A DNA stretch of 35,847 nt from IMG/VR virus record IMGVR_UViG_3300030372_004350, positions 1 to 35,847 of that record. One strand, given 5' to 3'. Origin of the DNA: a virus (lineage: Duplodnaviria; Caudoviricetes). Below are positions 26,572-34,003 of this stretch, in pieces. The position numbers were made by a program, and so were the translations under genes. Below the pieces are notes generated by a model. That model did not search any database, was not told the origin of the DNA, and was given only the letters and a program-made list of their open reading frames with translations. The first letter of the stretch is position 1. Every line of letters starts with the position of its first letter.

Positions 26572-27425
26572 TGGCGAATTACAAATTGAATCTTCAAAGC
26601 CCAGAAATGACAACAGGGGCTGAAGGTTTTGAAACCTATGAAGAGCAGGACAAACGAAAAAAACGATTCCTGAAAGAAAGTAAGCGTAAGCAGGCAGCGG
26701 TTAGGCTGGCTAGCCAGCAACAGTCGCGCCGTGAAAATATTAAGGAAACTGCATTTTCGGTAGGACAGGCAGCGGCCGAAGAAGCCATTATGTCGATGAT
26801 CCCTGTTGCACGGATCGGCAAACTTGCAAAACTTGTGAAGGGCTTGAGCAAAGGCAGCAGCAGAAAAGAAGTTTCTAAAGCCCTGAAAGAGGGCGGTTTT
26901 GATAAACTAGCAAGCACCAAGCCGAGCCAGTCTGAACTAAACCGACAGGTTAAAGTGGCCCAGGCGCGCGAGCAGGCCGCAGATGCTACCAAGAGAGCAA
27001 AATTAGATGCTCAGGCGTCAAAGCGTGCTCGAGAGAGTGATCGCATGGAAATAGGGGAATCAAAGTCTAGAGACAAAGAACGGCGCAGCAAAGCTGTTAA
27101 ACGGGAAGTTCGAGCACAAGAAGAGCTGGATAAAGTGATCGGGCGGCCACCGGTAGAGCGTAAAGAGGCTATGCGCCAAGCAGAAAAAGAAATAGCTGAA
27201 TTCCAAAACATTATCAAAGACCCGCAAAGAGCGGAAATGGTGCAACGCAGCCCGTCGGTTGCATTGGCCAAGCGCACTATCGAAGATATTAAAAAAGCTA
27301 AAACAGCCGAAGAAATTGAAAAGAAAGTCAATCGATTAGCTGACCTTAGTGATACGATTGCTAAGAACGCTGCTAAGCGTAAAGAGGCTATGCGCAAAGC
27401 GGCTGAGGCCAAAGCGCGCAAGTAA
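26571..27425 (+). CDS. K/E/A-rich helical protein (possible internal virion protein)
   Basis: Start at 26571 (TGATG, AAGGAAG RBS). Ends in EAMRKAAEAKARK. Confidence 0.7.
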   Translation: MANYKLNLQSPEMTTGAEGFETYEEQDKRKKRFLKESKRKQAAVRLASQQQSRRENIKETAFSVGQAAAEEAIMSMIPVARIGKLAKLVKGLSKGSSRKEVSKALKEGGFDKLASTKPSQSELNRQVKVAQAREQAADATKRAKLDAQASKRARESDRMEIGESKSRDKERRSKAVKREVRAQEELDKVIGRPPVERKEAMRQAEKEIAEFQNIIKDPQRAEMVQRSPSVALAKRTIEDIKKAKTAEEIEKKVNRLADLSDTIAKNAAKRKEAMRKAAEAKARK

Positions 27426-27805
27426 TGGCTAAAACCGCAACTAAAACCGATCCCGCTAAATGGGAGCAAGCCAAACGAGACGCCAAGGCTAAGATGGGCG
27501 GTAAGCACAGCGCCCGTGCCATGCAACTTGCTACCCAGATGTACAAAAAGCGAGGCGGTGGTTACTCTGGTCCCAAGAAGGAAACCTCGCTCAGTAAGTG
27601 GACCAAGCAGGACTGGAAGTACTCAAAGAAAGACAAGCCAGGTCAAGGGGGCTCAGGTGTGTACTTGCCCAAGAACCGTATCGCTAGTCTCAAGAGTACA
27701 GCAGCTGGCAGGTTAGCACTCAAGAAGGGTGAGGCGAAAAAAGCCAAAGCAACCCGTGAAGGCAAGCAGTACGCTCAGCATGGTCTAGGTAAAGGGTTGT
27801 CATGA
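27425..27805 (+). CDS. Basic protein, DUF5872-like
   Basis: 'HSARAMQLA...YKKRGGGY', 'SLSKWTKQDW', 'YLPK' match a widespread viral basic family (from recall). Confidence 0.7.
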   Translation: MAKTATKTDPAKWEQAKRDAKAKMGGKHSARAMQLATQMYKKRGGGYSGPKKETSLSKWTKQDWKYSKKDKPGQGGSGVYLPKNRIASLKSTAAGRLALKKGEAKKAKATREGKQYAQHGLGKGLS

Positions 27806-28107
27806 GCACCGACCGCACAGAGGCAGCGCGCCGCATGATGAAGAAGTTAGGGCTCGAGGGGTTCAATAAGCCCAAACGCACTCCTAACCACCCAAAGAAG
27901 TCGCATATGGTCATGGCTAAAGAAGGCAATCAAATCAAGCTGATCCGCTATGGCGAGCAGGGGGCAAGCACAGCAGGTGCGCCTAAACCTAGCGAGTCAA
28001 GGCGCATGAAGATGAAACGTAAATCATTCAAAGCTAGGCACGCTAGAAACATCGCCAAAGGTAAAATGAGCGCAGCGTTCTGGGCTGATAAAACGAAATG
28101 GAGCTAG
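27802..28107 (+). CDS. Basic conserved phage protein
   Basis: 'NKPKRTP.HPKKSH.V.AKEG...KLIR.G.QG...RKSFKARH.....K.SAA.WA....W', a family common in aquatic phages (from recall). Confidence 0.75.
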   Translation: MSTDRTEAARRMMKKLGLEGFNKPKRTPNHPKKSHMVMAKEGNQIKLIRYGEQGASTAGAPKPSESRRMKMKRKSFKARHARNIAKGKMSAAFWADKTKWS

Positions 28108-28111
28108 CGTC

Positions 28112-28264
28112 ATGCATATGATGGACATGAAGGGCAAAGGCAAAAGCAAAGGCAAGAAAAAGCCTATGAAAGCAGCCGCAATCATTGCAATTGTGCCAGT
28201 AGCCAAGATGAAAAAAATTAAAGGCGAGATGCGTAAAGCCGCCGAAGCTAAGGCGAAAAAGTAA
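28112..28264 (+). CDS. 50 aa Lys/Met-rich protein (not in the ORF track)
   Basis: MHMMDMKGKGKSKGKKKPMKAAAIIAIVPVAKMKKIKGEMRKAAEAKAKK. TAATG-coupled to terS. Confidence 0.7.
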   Translation: MHMMDMKGKGKSKGKKKPMKAAAIIAIVPVAKMKKIKGEMRKAAEAKAKK

Positions 28265-28797
28265 TGTCTCGCAAGCCACGTATTATTCTCCCAGCAGCGG
28301 TATGGGCTAAGATCCGTGCCGAGTATGAAGCCGGTGTGCCCGTCAAGCACCTAGCGGATACCTTTAACCTGACTGAAGCAGCCGTCTATCGACGCAAGAA
28401 AAGCGAAGAGTGGTCTAGGGAGGTTTCGGTCATTAGTGACGACATGCTGTCCAAGGCACGCAAGGAAGCTGAGCAGCGCATTGTAGAGCACATCCAAGAG
28501 CGTGAAGTGGACATGAAGCAGGTCATTGACCAACACAAGTCCGTGTCGCAACAGATCATGGATCGTGCAGCAAGCCTACTCGAGGCCGTTGATAAGATCC
28601 CAGATACTGAGGTTTCTAAAAAGGCACACGCTCTGAAGACCTTGTCTGATGTCATCACCGCTCAGATCCGTAACGAGCGACGCACATGGAACATCGATGA
28701 GAAGGGTGCGGACACTTCACTCGAGGCATTGCTCGACGAACTGGATGAAGAAGACGAGAAGCGCAAAGCAACCCCCAAACCTGTGGTCGTACAGTGA
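28264..28797 (+). CDS. terS: Terminase small subunit
   Basis: N-terminal HTH 'W.KIRAEYEAG.PVK.LA..F......VYRRKK.E.W', helical body, upstream of terL. Confidence 0.75.
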   Translation: MSRKPRIILPAAVWAKIRAEYEAGVPVKHLADTFNLTEAAVYRRKKSEEWSREVSVISDDMLSKARKEAEQRIVEHIQEREVDMKQVIDQHKSVSQQIMDRAASLLEAVDKIPDTEVSKKAHALKTLSDVITAQIRNERRTWNIDEKGADTSLEALLDELDEEDEKRKATPKPVVVQ

Positions 28798-29051
28798 GTG
28801 TAGAAACCATCGAACTAATAAAGATGGTACTCAATGGCGCTGATGGAGCGCTGGTGGTTGTCCTGATCTATACGCTCAACCGAGCGCATGCGTGGACCAA
28901 GCGCGTTGAAGACGCTATTGAAAATATTGAGCGACTCAATAAGATTGTAGAAGATAACCAGTCGGACATCGCCAAGCTTAGGCGTATGTTCTTTGCCCTG
29001 AAGGATGAGTTACGACATGCCAAAAATGAGAGCCAACAACCAAGTCATTGA
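28794..29051 (+). CDS. Small membrane protein (TM plus coiled coil)
   Basis: GTGA-coupled. 'GALVVVLIYTL' followed by heptads. Confidence 0.6.
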   Translation: MSVETIELIKMVLNGADGALVVVLIYTLNRAHAWTKRVEDAIENIERLNKIVEDNQSDIAKLRRMFFALKDELRHAKNESQQPSH

Positions 29052-29442
29052 ACGTCTGTGCGTCGATTGCATGATGAGTATTAAGTACTCTCTCGATGCC
29101 TATGCCAAAGAAGATGAGAACAAGAAGATCGTAGAAACCGGACTTACCGAAGAAGAGAACTTTCTAACGACCACCATCATCACCAAGCAGCAGGCAGCCA
29201 TCACAAAGAAGGCGCTCGACATGATTGACAAGCGTCACTTTCGCCAGAAGCAAAAGATGTTTCTCATTCGCTTGCATCAGTTTGGTAAGTTTCTTGATAC
29301 CTTCGATGAAGACCTTAAAGGTAACGAGCCTGAACAAGTGCGCTTCGCACAGGGGCTAATCAAGTGGTTAGAGAACAGCCATAAGATCATGCTTGAGTCA
29401 TCGTCTCGTAAGACCCGTGAAGCTAACCTCGCATGGAACTAG
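29005..29442 (+). CDS. Hypothetical protein
   Basis: About 140 aa ORF filling the gap before terL. Start uncertain (29005, 29017 or 29026). Confidence 0.65.
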   Translation: MSYDMPKMRANNQVIERLCVDCMMSIKYSLDAYAKEDENKKIVETGLTEEENFLTTTIITKQQAAITKKALDMIDKRHFRQKQKMFLIRLHQFGKFLDTFDEDLKGNEPEQVRFAQGLIKWLENSHKIMLESSSRKTREANLAWN

Positions 29443-31016
29443 GTAAGGACAGGGTACGATCAGAACTGCTGAAGTGCCGTAAGGACTTCACGTACTTTGC
29501 GTGTCGCTACCTGAAGATTGTCAACACCAGCGGTGAGATTGTTAATCTTAACCTAAACCAACCCCAGATCGAGATCATCGAGGCGGTTGACGTTAACTTC
29601 CAGACAATGGTCCTCAAAGCCAGAAAGCTTGGGTCGTCCACCGTTATCGCTGGCTACTTCTTCTGGAAGGCTCTGTTCAACAAGAACGTCCGAGTCGCTG
29701 TCGTCGCTCACACTGACGAGGCCGCCAAAGAGTTGTTCACGATCTACCAGCACTTCTACAAGAACCTTCCTAATGAAATGCGCCCGAAGGCGATCAAGAA
29801 CAGGCACAACGAACTGAACCTCGTCACTGGTTCCAAGATTAAGATCGGTAGCGCTGACTCCGATAGTTTCCGTGGGCAGACGTATCAATATATCCATGCC
29901 TCCGAGTATGCGTTCTGGTCCAACGTTGAAAAGACCATCGCCTCATTGTTTCAAACAGCAGATGCCAATGCCAGTATTGTCTTGGAATCGACAGCTAACG
30001 GTCTTAATGGAGCCTACGACCTGTGGGTTAATGACGCAGGCTACACCAAGATTTTCTTACCGTGGATGATCGATGATCGATGTCAGATTAGCAAGCCTCG
30101 TTTCCAAGATTACACGAAACTCGAGCGGGCATACAAACAAGAACACAAACTGTCGGATCAGCAGTTTAATTGGTTGGTGTACACACTTCGAGTTAAATGC
30201 GCCAATAACTGGCGAATCTTTCATCAAGAGTTTCCGTCGTCGCCTGACGTTGCGTTCGTTACATCGGGGGATCGATTCTTTCCAGAAACGTACAGCGTCA
30301 CCACAGCCAAGCCCGGATACCACCAGTTCGAGAAACCCATGCAGTACCACATCTACTCGATGGGAGTGGACACCGCTTCTGGTTCTCCTGGCGGGGACTT
30401 TAGCACTATTAAAGTTCTGGATGTCACCGACAAAAAATCCGTTCGAGAGGTAGCAGCGTTTTACGACCGGCTCTCGCCATCAGACTTTCGTGAAGAGGTG
30501 CTCAAGATTGCTCGAGAGTATAAAGCGCTAGCAGTCATCGAAAGCAACTCATACGGGTTATCTATTGTCGAGCACATGCGTGATGAAGAGTACTTCTCCA
30601 TGTATCGTGATACCGCATACGATAAGACGAGTGGTGTATGGAAACCAAAGTGGGGCTACAACACCAACGTCAAGTCGAGAGGTTTGCTGCTCACTCGATT
30701 GTACGAACATGTAACTCGGGGATGGATCAAAATACGTGACGTAAACTTCATGCTCGAAGCCAATAGCTTGATCTACAACAACCGTGGTAAAGTAGAAGCC
30801 GCGGCTGGTAAGCATGATGATATGATCATAGCAACTGGTCTTGCGCTTATGGGGTTAGATCAGATACACGAAGTGGCCCAAGCGGTACAGACATCGGCCA
30901 AGCCAACCAATATAAGTGAAGTACTTAGGTGGGAAGCAGCAACCGGTAAGGTGTACAAAGGGCGTGCTAGCGAGGATTATTCATTGGGTGCGTCCTCGTT
31001 ACTTAACTCAATATAA
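29433..31016 (+). CDS. terL: Terminase large subunit
   Basis: 'LKARKLGSST' Walker A, 'HASEYAFW' Walker B, 'ESTANG' coupling motif, nuclease 'GVD..SG', 'IESN', 'HDD'. Confidence 0.95.
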   Translation: MELGKDRVRSELLKCRKDFTYFACRYLKIVNTSGEIVNLNLNQPQIEIIEAVDVNFQTMVLKARKLGSSTVIAGYFFWKALFNKNVRVAVVAHTDEAAKELFTIYQHFYKNLPNEMRPKAIKNRHNELNLVTGSKIKIGSADSDSFRGQTYQYIHASEYAFWSNVEKTIASLFQTADANASIVLESTANGLNGAYDLWVNDAGYTKIFLPWMIDDRCQISKPRFQDYTKLERAYKQEHKLSDQQFNWLVYTLRVKCANNWRIFHQEFPSSPDVAFVTSGDRFFPETYSVTTAKPGYHQFEKPMQYHIYSMGVDTASGSPGGDFSTIKVLDVTDKKSVREVAAFYDRLSPSDFREEVLKIAREYKALAVIESNSYGLSIVEHMRDEEYFSMYRDTAYDKTSGVWKPKWGYNTNVKSRGLLLTRLYEHVTRGWIKIRDVNFMLEANSLIYNNRGKVEAAAGKHDDMIIATGLALMGLDQIHEVAQAVQTSAKPTNISEVLRWEAATGKVYKGRASEDYSLGASSLLNSI

Positions 31017-31069
31017 CCCAATGTAACTACGTTGCGCGAGCGTTATTCGCGTAGGAAAGGCGTTAAATT

Positions 31070-31894
31070 ATGTTGTCAGATGAACAACAAAACGAGTTAG
31101 CCGCCGCACTCGAAGGACTCAATCTTGGTGAGGAACCCGCTGCTCAAGCACCTGAGCCAGAACCGGTAGAGGTTCAGGAAGAAGTTAGCGAGCCCGTACA
31201 TGAGTCGGAAGCACCAGAAGAGGTAGCGCTCGAAGATAGTGGTGATAATGAAGAGGTCGAAGAGACAGGTCACAACGTACCGTACTCTCGGTTTTCAAAA
31301 GTTATCGCTGCTAAGAACCAATACGCTGACGAAGCGGATACACTCCGGCAGGAAGTGGAACGCCTTAAAGCAAAGGAGCAGGAACTAGAAACCCTGCGAC
31401 GCTACAACATCCAGCAACCGCAACAGCAGTATCAAGAGGAAGAGTCATACAACTATGACGATACCGATCCTTACGATCAGCGTTTGCAGATGCTGGAAGG
31501 CCGGTTGGCTGAAAACGAGCGTGAAGCAAAGATTAGGGAGCACATGAATGAGATGGAGCAACAGATTGCTGTCATCCAACAAGAGCACCCTAACGTCGAT
31601 CCGATTGCGTTGTTACAGCATGTACAGCACAACCCGGATGCAGACTTGATGGAACTGGCAACCTCCGAGGCAGCTCGTGCTGCTGAGATGCGAGAGTCCG
31701 TCATTGCTGAGTACCTTGAAGCGAACCCACACCTGCAAACGCAGGCTCCTGCTACACCTCCAGACGTACCCCCAGAAGTAAGTAATAAATCAAACACTGG
31801 ATCTCGCGGTTTTGCTGGGGCTCAAAAGCCATCGACATGGGAAGATGCTCATGCACAGGCTCGGAAAGCTATCGAAGCAGCATGGACCGGGTGA
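31070..31894 (+). CDS. Putative capsid scaffolding protein
   Basis: Very acidic N-terminus, 'VPYSRF..V' motif, coiled coil, directly before the MCP. Confidence 0.75.
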   Translation: MLSDEQQNELAAALEGLNLGEEPAAQAPEPEPVEVQEEVSEPVHESEAPEEVALEDSGDNEEVEETGHNVPYSRFSKVIAAKNQYADEADTLRQEVERLKAKEQELETLRRYNIQQPQQQYQEEESYNYDDTDPYDQRLQMLEGRLAENEREAKIREHMNEMEQQIAVIQQEHPNVDPIALLQHVQHNPDADLMELATSEAARAAEMRESVIAEYLEANPHLQTQAPATPPDVPPEVSNKSNTGSRGFAGAQKPSTWEDAHAQARKAIEAAWTG

Positions 31895-31918
31895 TCCTAA
31901 CTATTAAGGAATAGTAAA

Positions 31919-33181
31919 ATGGCTGCTACTTTAACTACGTTAAGCGCAGTGATGAAACAGTTCTACTTGGGGCCTTTGCAGGACCAGTTGAACAATGAAA
32001 TCATGGCGTTTGATCTCTTTCAAAAAGAAAAAGTCGATTGGGTTGGTCGTGAAGCGATTATCCCTGTCCGCACGGCTCGCAACAGCCAGACGGCATTTAG
32101 TGCTACTGCTGCGCTGCCTATCGCAGGCCAGCAAACGTACGCTTCGCTGACGGTGTCGGCCAAGTACTTGTACGGTCGCATGGAAATCCAAGGCCCGGCA
32201 ATTGCTCAGGCTAAAGCCAGCGTTGGTGCGTTCATCAACGGCCTTCAGGTTGAGCTTGATGGTGCAATGGAAACCGTCAAGAACAGTGCTGATCAAGCAA
32301 TGTTTACCGGCGGTGGTGCTGTTGGTTTCCTCAACGAGCGTGAAAACTTTGCTCTTAACACCAATATCGAATTTTCAGGTAACATTGATTTGATTCCTGA
32401 AGGTGCTGGCTCTAAAGTTGCGGGTACGCTTGTTCGACTCGACACCTACAAGTCGATTGGTGTCACGATGTATCGTGACGCAGGCGCAAAGCAACACATC
32501 AAGTTTGATGCTGGTGTTGACACGCGTGACATTGATGGTTCGGGAACTGCTCCTGCGGGCACTGCTCACCTTGTTATCATTGGTGGCAAGACTGCTGAGT
32601 CCATGGGTATCTATGGTAACCTTGGTGAGAAGACGCACTTCGGTGTTGATCGAAGTACGGGCACTGACGTTGTGCTGCAAAGCATTGTTCGTGCGGCTAA
32701 CACAGCCGGTACGGGTGATCGTGTTGATCTAAACACAGGTCGTATGCAAGCAATCCTTGATGACATTGCTACCGACTCAGGCACCACGCCTGACTGCATG
32801 ATTGCGCACTATGTGTTCCGTCAGCAGTACGTCGGTCAGTTGTCGTTCGTAAGCCCTGCCGGTGGTTCCGAAGCCACTAGCCGTACCAAGTCTGTGGACA
32901 ACGGTGATGCTGGGTTCGACATGGGGCGCTTGGCCTTCAACGGTATTCCGCTCAAGGTCAGCCGTCACTGCGGTAAGGGTCTGTTGATCTTCCTCCACAC
33001 CAAGTCTTGGTCGTTGGTGCAGATCGAAGATCCGAACTTGGCTGACTTGGATGGTAACGTCCTTAGCCGAGTTACGGGTAGCGACTCGTACGAAGCCTAC
33101 GTCCGGTACTACTACAACTTGGTTTGCAAGCAGCCTAATCGCAATGCGATCTTGGTCGGCTTGAACTTCCCGGCAGCGTAG
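31919..33181 (+). CDS. Major capsid protein (HK97 fold)
   Basis: 420 aa, strong TAAGGA RBS. 'mKq.Y.gpl.dQLN', 'KYLYG...I.G.AI', 'fnGIPl......C', 'Y.nl.C..PNrna.l' pattern. Confidence 0.85.
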   Translation: MAATLTTLSAVMKQFYLGPLQDQLNNEIMAFDLFQKEKVDWVGREAIIPVRTARNSQTAFSATAALPIAGQQTYASLTVSAKYLYGRMEIQGPAIAQAKASVGAFINGLQVELDGAMETVKNSADQAMFTGGGAVGFLNERENFALNTNIEFSGNIDLIPEGAGSKVAGTLVRLDTYKSIGVTMYRDAGAKQHIKFDAGVDTRDIDGSGTAPAGTAHLVIIGGKTAESMGIYGNLGEKTHFGVDRSTGTDVVLQSIVRAANTAGTGDRVDLNTGRMQAILDDIATDSGTTPDCMIAHYVFRQQYVGQLSFVSPAGGSEATSRTKSVDNGDAGFDMGRLAFNGIPLKVSRHCGKGLLIFLHTKSWSLVQIEDPNLADLDGNVLSRVTGSDSYEAYVRYYYNLVCKQPNRNAILVGLNFPAA

Positions 33182-33188
33182 TACTCAC

Positions 33189-33335
33189 GTGGAGTGGATT
33201 GCTCTCTCACTGGATCTGGCTCAGACCGCGTTGGTGTTTATCATCTGGCGTGATGTTCGGAACTGGTGGGGGAGTGATCCCTCTGAGGACGTTAACAAAC
33301 CTTTCTCGCCTCAAGATATTCTTGGGGAACCATAG
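33189..33335 (+). CDS. 48 aa putative membrane peptide (not in the ORF track)
   Basis: GTG start, MEWIALSLDLAQTALVFIIWRDVRNWWGSDPSEDVNKPFSPQDILGEP. Fills the gap after the MCP. Confidence 0.5.
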   Translation: MEWIALSLDLAQTALVFIIWRDVRNWWGSDPSEDVNKPFSPQDILGEP

Positions 33336-33343
33336 GTGGTCAA

Positions 33344-33580
33344 ATGAAGAATGGCGGAACTGGTTGGCGTAAGATTGTTATGGGGATCGCAGCAGCGCTG
33401 TTGCCGTTGGTCCTTCGTGCTATCAATCCTGAAATGCCGGTCGAAGAAATCGTTGTGAGTGTTATGGGCTTGCTTGGTGCAATCCTAGGTGTCGCTTGGC
33501 AGGATGCTGCTAAAGAAAAGCGAGCGGCCTTGGAGAGCGTCAATAACCCCCCGGCACCATCCCCAGAAACCCAGGGATAA
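33344..33580 (+). CDS. Two-TM holin-like protein
   Basis: 'WRK' then two hydrophobic helices, 'G.AWQD', charged tail. AGGTGG RBS. Confidence 0.7.
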   Translation: MKNGGTGWRKIVMGIAAALLPLVLRAINPEMPVEEIVVSVMGLLGAILGVAWQDAAKEKRAALESVNNPPAPSPETQG

Positions 33581-33774
33581 AGAATCTTGATCCGAAGGAT
33601 TCTGGGGGCCTCGATCTCAACCTTGGCAGCAACGACGATCTTTGGTTTGTCCGTGGGGATCTTACTCATCGTGTCAGCAAGCAATTTGAAGTCGGGATGA
33701 CAGGCGAGATTAAATCAGACTGGGGCGGTGATCCTGAATGGGCTGTCGGCGCTGGTCTCAAATGGAGATGGTAA
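33547..33774 (+). CDS. Start-less ORF in the -1 frame encoding four amphipathic beta-strands (candidate frameshift extension of the holin-like gene)
   Basis: 75 open codons ending ...EWAVGAGLKWRW. No ATG/GTG/TTG until the last third. Fills the gap to the next gene exactly. Confidence 0.55.
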   Translation, partial: PPGTIPRNPGIKNLDPKDSGGLDLNLGSNDDLWFVRGDLTHRVSKQFEVGMTGEIKSDWGGDPEWAVGAGLKWRW

Positions 33775-33775
33775 C

Positions 33776-33994
33776 ATGGCCTATGTAGGCTTCAAGAAGT
33801 TACAAGGTAAACTCGAGGCTCAGGGTAAAAGCCCTAAAGCTGCTGGTGCTATTGCTGCCTCAATCGGCCGCAAGAAGTACGGTAAGAAGAAGTTCAATAA
33901 AGCAGCGGCTGAAGGTAAGTCCTTGCGTGGTGCCGCAGCGAAGCGCATCAAGAGTAAGATGGACTACTCCAAACAAAATGTTAGTTATTCGTAA
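33776..33994 (+). CDS. Small basic conserved phage protein
   Basis: GGAG RBS before ATG 33776. 'GFKKL...AIAASIGRKKYGKKKF' motif. Confidence 0.72.
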   Translation: MAYVGFKKLQGKLEAQGKSPKAAGAIAASIGRKKYGKKKFNKAAAEGKSLRGAAAKRIKSKMDYSKQNVSYS

Positions 33995-34003
33995 GGTAGA
34001 GAC

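Noticed and set aside
27011-27526. Long antisense ORFs (also 6416-6859, 18135-18656, 18653-19087, 33340-33684)
   Set aside because: They are shadow frames opposite well-supported genes, with no motifs or initiation signals.
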